Positions 56,252 through 64,000 of a stretch of 64,000 bases of DNA are shown here, piece by piece. The stretch lies in contig CM082588.2 in assembly GCA_040954595.2 (NCBI GenBank), forward strand, positions 10,710,844-10,774,843, written 5' to 3'. Within the stretch, counting starts at the first letter, position 1. Each line of letters begins with the position of its first letter. This stretch comes from Balanoglossus misakiensis (lineage: Eukaryota; Animalia; Hemichordata). The notes below the pieces were generated by a model, which had not been told where the DNA came from, did no database searches, and saw nothing but the letters and a program-made list of their open reading frames with translations. The translations under genes were made by a program, and so were the position numbers.

Positions 56252-56253
56252 TC

Positions 56254-56901
56254 GGACAATGTGACATAATTCCTTCAGTTTCAGTTAAAAATCTCGGCGT
56301 TATTTTAAGTCAGGATGGTAGCATGTCTGATCATATTAGTAAGCTGTGCAAAAATGGTTTCTTCTCTTTGCATAGAATAGCTAAAATTCGTAATCTTCTT
56401 GACAGATCTACAACTGAGAAACTAGTTCATGCATTTGTAACGTCTCATTTAGATTACTGTAATAGTCTTTTGTTTGGTATCCCGAAGGGACATCTAGCTC
56501 GACTTCAGTCTCTACAGAATGCTGCGGCGAGGCTAGTTACTCGTACGCGCAAGTCCGATCATATCACACCCATACTCAAAGATTTACACTGGCTACCGGT
56601 AGAGGCCCGCATCAGTTTTAAAATTCTCTTGCTCACATTCAAATGTATCAGTGGTAAGGCACCCGCCTATTTGACTGATCTTTTACATTTATATGTACCA
56701 GCTCGAGAACTGCGCTCTAGTGTTCAATTCTTTTTAACTCATCATCATGGTAAATTTAACAAAACCTACGGACAGAGAGCTTTTTCAGTTTGTGCGCCCA
56801 TTTTATGGAACAATTTACCCCTTGATATCAAAACCGCCAGAAGTGTCAATATTTTTAAGCGTAATTTGAAAACATACCTTTTTACTCGGTTTTATGTGTA
56901 A
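56254..56901 (+). pseudogene. Truncated LINE ORF2: end of the reverse transcriptase domain plus C-terminal region; endonuclease and YADD catalytic core absent
   Basis: The frame is open from the 5' junction (GQCDIIPSVSVKNLGVILSQDGSMSDHI...) to TAA at 56899-56901, so the track's ATG at 56323 is internal. L2-type motifs: KNLGV, LVHAFVTSHLDYCNSLL, LQNAAARLV, HITPILKDLHWLPV, RISFKILLLTFK, APAYL, RAFSVCAPILWNNLP, FKRNLKTYLF. Confidence 0.92.
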
Positions 56902-56973
56902 CGTGTTCGATTGTGTCCTTTTAACTATTTTTACCAGCCTTGTATTTTTTAATCTACTCTTTTAGCTATGTAC

Positions 56974-57002
56974 AATGCGCTGAGACGTATGTGTAGCGCA
57001 TT
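56974..57002 (+). other. LINE 3'-terminal RNA stem-loop (putative reverse-transcriptase recognition signal)
   Basis: AATGCGCT (56974-56981) pairs perfectly with AGCGCATT (56995-57002) around a 13-nt loop, 12 nt before the tail. The position matches the known 3' stem-loops of L2 elements such as eel UnaL2 and zebrafish ZfL2. Confidence 0.75.
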
Positions 57003-57014
57003 TTAAACAATTCT

Positions 57015-57035
57015 TAATAATAATAATAATAATAA
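57015..57035 (+). repeat. (TAA)7 microsatellite tail of the LINE
   Basis: Seven perfect TAA units. The last base overlaps the right TSD copy. Short-repeat tails are typical of L2/CR1 LINEs. Confidence 0.95.
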
Positions 57036-57039
57036 TCTA
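57035..57039 (+). repeat. Target-site duplication ATCTA, right copy
   Basis: Directly follows the tail. The first two bases (AT) are ambiguous between tail and target. Confidence 0.85.
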
Positions 57040-60000
57040 CAGAGTCTAGTGGAAAACGTTATTATGCGCATAGGCCTATATATGTGTTCTGCGCATCACA
57101 ACAGAATTTTGTAAACAAACGAGGCTGTGTTTGGAAGCAACCATGAAAGTTTACAACTATCCGTCGATCTACAGAGTCTAGTGGAAAAATGTCTCATGCG
57201 CATAGGCCTATCATGTGTTCTGCGCCTCACAACAGAAATCGGTAAATAAACGAGGCTGTTTGGAAGCAACCATGGAAATTGTATAGCTATCCGTCGATCT
57301 ACAGAGTCTAGTGGAAACGTTCTTATGCGCATAGGCCTATATATGTGTTCTGCGCATCACAACAGAATTTTGTAAACAAACGAGGCTGTGTTTGGTAGCA
57401 ACCATGGACATTTTAGAACTATCTCTCGATCTACAGAGTCTATAGTGGAAAACTTTCTTATGCACATATGCCTATCTATGTGTTCTGCGCCTCACAACAG
57501 AATTCGGTAAATAAACGAGGCTGTTTGGAAGCAACCATGGAAATTTTACAACTATCCGTCGATCTACAGAGTCTAGTGGAAAACGTTATTATGCGCATAG
57601 GCCTATATATGTGTTCTGCGCATCACAACAGAATTTTGTAAACAAACGAGGCTGTGTTTGGAAGCAACCATGGACATTTTAGAACCTTCTCTCGATCTAC
57701 AGAGTCTATAGTGGAAAACTTTCTTATGCACATAGGCCTATCTATGTGTTCTGTGCCTCACAACAGAATTCGGTAAATAAACGAGGCTGTTTGGAAGCAA
57801 CCATGGAAATTTTACAACTATCCGTCGATCTACAGAGTCTAGTGGAAAACGTTCTTATGCGCATAGGCCTATATATGTGTTCTGCGCATCACAAAAGAAT
57901 TTTGTAAACAAACGAGGCTGTGTTTGAAAGCAACCATGGACATTTTAGAACTATCTCTCGATCTACAGAGTCTATAGTGGAAAACTTTCTTATGCACATA
58001 GGCCTATCTATGTGTTCTGTGCCTCACAACAGAATTCGGTAAATAAACGAGGCTGTTTGGAAGCAACCATGGAAATTTTACAACTATCCGTCGATCTACA
58101 GAGTCTAGTGGAAAACGTTCTTATGCGCATAGGCCTATATATGTGTTCTGCGCATCACAAAAGAATTTTGTAAACAAACGAGGCTGTGTTTGAAAGCAAC
58201 CATGGACATTTTAGAACTATCTCTCGATCTACAGAGTCTATAGTGGAAAACTTTCTTATGCACATAGGCCTATCTATGTGTTCTGTGCCTCACAACAGAA
58301 TTCGGTAAATAAACGAGGCTGTTTGGAAGCAACCATGGAAATTTTAGAACTATCCGTCGATCTACAGAGTCTAGTGGAAAACGTTCTTATGCGCATAGGC
58401 CTATATATGTGTTCTGCGCATCACAACAGAATTTTGTAAACAAACGAGGCTGTGTTTGGAAGCAACCATGGAAATTTTAGAACTATCTCTCGATGTACAG
58501 AGTCTATAGTGGAAAACTTTCTTATGCACATATGCCTATCTATGTGTTCTGCGCCTCAAAACAGAATTCCGTAAATAAACGAGGCTGTTTGGAAGCAAAC
58601 ATGGAAATTTTAGAACTAACTCTCGATCTACAGAGTATAGTGGAAAACGTTCATATGCGCATAGGCCTATCTATGTGTTCTGCGCATCACAACAGAATTT
58701 TGTAAACAAACCAGGCTTTGTTTGGAAGCAACCATGGACATTTTAGAACTATTCGTCGATCTACGGAGTCTAGTGGAAAACTTTCTTATGCGCATAGGCA
58801 TATGTATGTGTTCTACGCATCACAACAGAATTCGGTAAATAAACGAGGCTGTTTGGAAACAACCATGGAAATTTTTGAACTATCCGTTGATCTAAAGTTG
58901 AAAAGTTTTTTATGCGCATAGGCCTATCTATGTGTTCTGCGCCTCACAACAGAAATCGGTAAATAAACGAGGCTGTTTGGAAGCAACCATGGAAATTTTA
59001 CAACTATCTCTCGATCTACAGAGTCTATAGTGGAAAACTTTCTTATTCACATATGCCTATCTATGTGTTCTGCGCCTCAAAACAGAATTCCGCAAATAAA
59101 CGAGGCTGTTTGGAAGCAAACATGGAAGTTTTAGAACTATCTCTCGATCTACAGTGTATAGTGGAAAACGTTCATATGCGCATAGGCCTATCTATGTGTT
59201 CTGCGCATCACAACAGAATTTTGTAAATAATCGAGGATGTGTTTGGAAGCAATCATGGAAATTTTAGAACTATCCGTCGATCTACAGAGTCTAGTGGAAA
59301 CTTTCTTATGCGCATAGGCATATGTATGTGTTCAGCGCATAACAACAGAATTTTGTAAATGAACGAGGCTGTGTTTGGAAACAACCATGGAAATTTTACA
59401 ACTATCCGTCGATCTACGGAGTCTGGTGGAAAACTTTCTTATGCGCATAGGCCTATTACGTGCTCTGCGCCTCACAACAGAATTCGGTAAATAAACGAGG
59501 CTGTTTGGAAGCAACCATGGAAATTTTAGAACTATCCGTCGATCTACAGAGTCTAGTGGAAAACTTCTTTATGCGCATAGACCTATTACGTGTTCTGCGC
59601 CTCACAACAGAATTCGGTAAATAAACGATGCTGTTTGGAAGCAACCATGGAAATTTTACAACTATCCGTCGATCTACAGAGTCTGGTGGAAAAATTTCTT
59701 ATGCGCATAGTCCTATCATGTGTTCTGCGCATCACAACAGAATTCGGTAAATAAACGAGGCTGTTTGGAAGCAACCATTGAAATTTTAGAACTATCCGTC
59801 GATCTACAGAGTCTAGTGGAAAACGTTCTTATGCGCATAGGCCTATCTATGTGTTATGCGCATCACAACAGAAATCGGTAAATAAACGAGGCTGTGTTTG
59901 GAAGCAACCATGGACATTTTAGAACTATCTCTCGATCTACAGAGTCTATAGTGGAAAACTTTCTTATGCACATATGCCTATCTATGTGTTCTGCGCCTCA

Positions 60001-63000
60001 CAACAGAAATCGGTAAATAAACGAGGCTGTTTAAAAGCAACCATGGAAATTTTACAGCTATCCGTCGATCTACAGAGTCTAGTGGAAACGTTCTTATGCG
60101 CATAGGCCTATATATGTGTTCTGCGCATCACAACAGAATTTTGTAAACAAACGAGGCTGTGTTTGGAAGCAACCATGGACATTTTAGAACTATCTCTCGA
60201 TCTACAGAGTCTATAGTAGAAAACTTTCTTATGCACATATGCCTATCTATGTGTTCTGCGCCTCACAACAGAATTCGGTAAATAAACGAGGCTGTTTGAA
60301 AGCAACCATGGAAATTTTACAACTATCCGTCGATCTACAGAGTCTAGTGGAAAACGTTATTATGCGCATAGGCCTATATATGTGTTCTGCGCATCACAAC
60401 AGAAATCGGTAAATAAACGAGGCTGTATTTGGAAGCAACCATGAAATTTTACAACTATCCGTCGATCTACAGAGTCTAGTGGAAAAATGTCTCATGCGCA
60501 TAGGCCTATCATGTGTTCTGCGCCTCACAACAGAAATCGGTAAATAAACGAGGCTGTTTGGAAGCAACCATAGAAATTTTACAGCTATCCGTCGATCTAC
60601 AGAGTCTAGTGGAAACGTTCTTATGCGCATAGGCCTATATATGTGTTCTGCGCATCACAACAGAATGTTGTAAACAAACGAGGCTGTGTTTGGTAGCAAC
60701 CATGGACATTTTAGAACTATCTCTCGATCTACAGAGTCTATAGTGGAAAACTTTCTTATGCACATATGCCTATCTATGTGTTCTGCGCCTCACAACAGAA
60801 TTCGGTAAATAAACGAGGCTGTTTGGAAGCAACCATGGAAATTTTACAACTATCCGTCGATCTACAGAGTCTAGTGGAAAACGTTATTATGCGCATAGGC
60901 CTATATATGTGTTCTGCGCATCACAACAGAATTTTGTAAACAAACGAGGCTGTGTTTGGAAGCAACCATGGACATTTTAGAACTATCTCTCGATCTACAG
61001 AGTCTATAGTGGAAAACTTTCTTATGCACATAGGCCTATCTATGTGTTCTGTGCCTCACAACAGAATTCGGTAAATAAACGAGGCTGTTTGGAAGCAACC
61101 ATGGAAATTTTAGAACTATCCGTCGATCTACAGAGTCTAGTGGAAAACGTTCTTATGCGCATAGGCCTATATATGTGTTCTGCGCATCACAACAGAATTT
61201 TGTAAACAAACGAGGCTGTGTTTGAAAGCAACCATGGAAATTTTAGAACTATCTCTCGATGTACAGAGTCTATAGTGGAAAACTTTCTTATGCACATATG
61301 CCTATCTATGTGTTCTGCGCCTCAAAACAGAATTCCGTAAATAAACGAGGCTGTTTGGAAGCAAACATGGAAATTTTAGAACTAACTCTCGATCTACAGA
61401 GTATAGTGGAAAACGTTCATATGCGCATAGGCCTATCTATGTGTTCTGCGCATCACAACAGAATTTTGTAAACAAACCAGGCTTTGTTTGGAAGCAACCA
61501 TGGACATTTTAGAACTATTCGTCGATCTACGGAGTCTAGTGGAAAACTTTCTTATGCGCATAGGCATATGTATGTGTTCTACGCATCACAACAGAATTCG
61601 GTAAATAAACGAGGCTGTTTGGAAACAACCATGGAAATTTTTGAACTATCCGTTGATCTAAAGTTGAAAAGTTTTTTATGCGCATAGGCCTATCTATGTG
61701 TTCTGCGCCTCACAACAGAAATCGGTAAATAAACGAGGCTGTTTGGAAGCAACCATGGAAATTTTACAACTATCTCTCGATCTACAGAGTCTATAGTGGA
61801 AAACTTTCTTATTCACATATGCCTATCTATGTGTTCTGCGCCTCAAAACAGAATTCCGCAAATAAACGAGGCTGTTTGGAAGCAAACATGGAAGTTTTAG
61901 AACTATCTCTCGATCTACAGTGTATAGTGGAAAACGTTCATATGCGCATAGGCCTATCTATGTGTTCTGCGCATCACAACAGAATTTTGTAATCAATCGA
62001 GGATGTGTTTGGAAGCAATCATGGAAATTTTAGAACTATCCGTCGATCTACAGAGTCTAGAGGGAAACTTTCTTATGCGCATAGGCATATGTATGTGTTC
62101 AGCGCATCACAACAGAATTTTGTAAATGAACGAGGCTGTGTTTGGAAACAACCATGGAAATTTTAGAACTATCTCTCGATCTAAAGTTGAAAAGTTTCTT
62201 ATGCGCATAGGCCTATTACGTGTTCTGCGCCTCACAACAGAATTCGGTAAATAAACGAGGCTGTTTGGAAGCAACAATGGAAATTTTAGAACTATCCGTC
62301 GATCTACGGAGTATAGTGGAAAACGTTCATATGCGCATAGGCCTATATATGTGTTCTGCGCATCACAACAGAATTTTGTAAACAATCGAGGATGTGTTTG
62401 GAAGCAATCATGGAAATTTTAGAACTATCCGTCGATCTACAGAGACTAGTGGGAAACTTTCTTATGCGCATAGGCATATGTATGTGTTCAGCGCATCACA
62501 ACAGAATTTTGTAAATGAACGAGGCTGTGTTTGGAAACAACCATGGAAATTTTACAACTATCCGTCGATCTACGGAGTCTGGTGGAAAACTTTCTTATGC
62601 GCATAGGCCTATTACGTGCTCTGCGCCTCACAACAGAATTCGGTAAATAAACGAGGCTGTTTGGAAGCAACCATGGAAATTTTAGAACTATCTCTCGATC
62701 TACAGAGTCTAGTGGAAAACTTTATTATGCACATATGCCTATCTATGTGTTCTGCGCATCACAACAGAAATCGGTAAATAAACGAGGCTGTTTGGAAGCA
62801 ACCATGGAAATTTTACAACTATCCGTCGATCTACAGAGTCTGGTGGAAAACTTTCTTATGCGCATAGGCATATGTATGTGTTCTACGCATCACAACAGAA
62901 ATCGGTAAATAAACGAGGCTGTATTTTGAAGCAACCATGAAATTTAACAACTATCCGTCGATCTACAGAGTCTGGTGGAAAACTTCCTTATGCGCATAGA

Positions 63001-64000
63001 CCTATTACGTGTTCTGCGCCTCACAACAGAATTCCGTAAATAAACGATGCTGTTTGGAAGCAACCATGGAAATTGTACAACTATCCGTCGATCTACAGAG
63101 TCTAGTGGAAAACGTTCTTATGCGCATAGGCCTATCTATGTGTTATGCGCATCTCAACAGAAATCGGTAAATAAACGAGGCTGTGTTTGGAAGCAACCAT
63201 GGACATTTTAGAACTATCTACAGAGTCTATAGTGGAAAACTTTCTTATGCACATATGCCTATCTATGTGTTCTGCGCCTCACAACAGAAATCGGTAAATA
63301 AACGAGGCTGTTTAAAAGCAACCATGGAAATTTTACAGCTATCCGTCGATCTACAGAGTCTAGTGGAAACGTTCTTATGCGCATAGGCCTATATATGTGT
63401 TCTGCGCATCACAACAGAATTTTGTAAACAAACGAGGCTGTGTTTGGAAGCAACCATGGACATTTTAGAACTATCTCTCGATCTACAGAGTCTATAGTGG
63501 AAAACTTTCTTATGCACATATGCCTATCTATGTGTTCTGTGCCTCACAACAGAATTCGGTAAATAAACGAGGCTGTTTGGAAGCAACCATGGAAATTTTA
63601 CAACTATCCGTCGATCTACAGAGTCTAGTGGAAAACGTTATTATGCGCATAGGCCTATATATGTGTTCTGCGCATCACAACAGAATTTTGTAAACAAACG
63701 AGGCTGTGTTTGGAAGCAACCATGGAAATTTTAGAACTATCTCTCGATCTACAGAGTCTAGTGGAAAACTTTATTATGCACATATGCCTATCTATGTGTT
63801 CTGCGCATCACAACAGAAATCGGTAAATAAACGAGGCTGTTTGGAAGCAACCATGGAAATTTTACAACTATCCGTCGATCTACAGAGTCTGGTGGAAAAC
63901 TTTCTTATGCGCATAGGCATATGTATGTGTTCTACGCATCACAACAGAATTCGGTAAATAAACGAGGCTGTTTGGAAACAACCATGGAAATTTTTGAACT
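57035..64000. repeat. Same ~131-bp satellite array, right of the LINE insertion (continues beyond window end)
   Basis: The monomer resumes in register (ATCTACAGAGTCTAGTGG at 57035), in the same orientation and with the same variant families. Confidence 0.99.

Larger units (their letters stand above)
56252..57034 (+). mobile_element. 5'-truncated non-LTR retrotransposon (LINE), L2 clade of the CR1/L2 group, 783 bp
   Basis: Unique sequence interrupting one monomer. It carries an ORF2 C-terminal reading frame, a ~113-nt 3' UTR with a stem-loop, a (TAA)n tail and flanking ATCTA direct repeats. The clade call is from recognition of protein motifs, not a database search. Confidence 0.93.
54900..62050. 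repeat. Three copies of a variant-rich ~0.8-1 kb block (starts near 54900, 58460 and 61230; offsets 3560 and 2766)
   Basis: Identical translations at 54933/58493/61259 and 55158/58718/61484. Variants GATGTACAG, AAACCAGG, CCGTTGATCTAAAG, TTATTCAC and CCGCAAAT. Confidence 0.87.

Noticed and set aside
56323-56901. Stand-alone 192-aa gene, or a satellite-LINE fusion protein
   Set aside because: The ATG is internal to a truncated ORF2. The frame extends into the satellite only to a TAA at 56197-56199, with no upstream ATG. The catalytic RT core and endonuclease are missing.
56974-57002. Resemblance of the LINE stem (ATGCGC/GCGCAT) to the satellite palindrome TATGCGCATA, suggesting a LINE-derived satellite
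   Set aside because: Only 6 bp match and the flanks show no similarity; compatible with chance.
8-63957. The many short ORFs (60-142 aa; MFGSNHGNF..., MRIGL..., MLPNSLVY...) as a repeat-protein or peptide gene family
   Set aside because: They are translations of the satellite on both strands. Monomer length varies by non-multiples of 3, frames switch between monomers, stops recur at fixed monomer positions, and no domain is recognisable.
1-64000. CRISPR array or other repeat-spacer system
   Set aside because: There are no unique spacers; the whole monomer is conserved. No cas genes are present, and the L2 LINE indicates a eukaryotic context.
1-64000. Tandem 5S rRNA, tRNA or snRNA gene array
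   Set aside because: I could not recognise a 5S sequence, cloverleaf, A/B/C boxes or a gene-spacer organisation. An Infernal/Rfam scan would be definitive.
1-64000. Naming the species or satellite family, or calling the array a functional centromere
   Set aside because: I do not recognise the monomer. This needs a database search and CENP-A data.

Overview
Eukaryotic tandem satellite DNA. About 63.2 kb of the 64 kb is a head-to-tail array of a ~131-bp monomer (mostly 130-135 bp, roughly 480 copies by length division). I saw no inversion, and the array runs off both window edges. Approximate consensus: AAACGAGGCTGTTTGGAAGCAACCATGGAAATTTTA(G/C)AACTATCCGTCGATCTACAGAGTCTAGTGGAAAACGTTCTTATGCGCATAGGCCTATCTATGTGTTCTGCGC(A/C)TCACAACAGAATT(CG/TT)GTAAA(T/C). 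Monomer variants are organised into a 266-bp dimer, local multi-monomer duplications with offsets of 0.4-6.2 kb, dispersed blocks shared over 10-50 kb, and zones of differing variant composition. The only non-satellite sequence is a 783-bp 5'-truncated L2-clade LINE at 56252-57034. It has an open ORF2 C-terminus, a 3' stem-loop, a (TAA)7 tail and a 5-bp ATCTA target-site duplication. All other ORFs in the track are translations of the satellite. I find no support for a novel protein-coding system. Organism and centromeric status cannot be determined from the sequence alone. Duplication boundaries were read by eye and are approximate; offsets come from shared variants and ORF-track coordinates.
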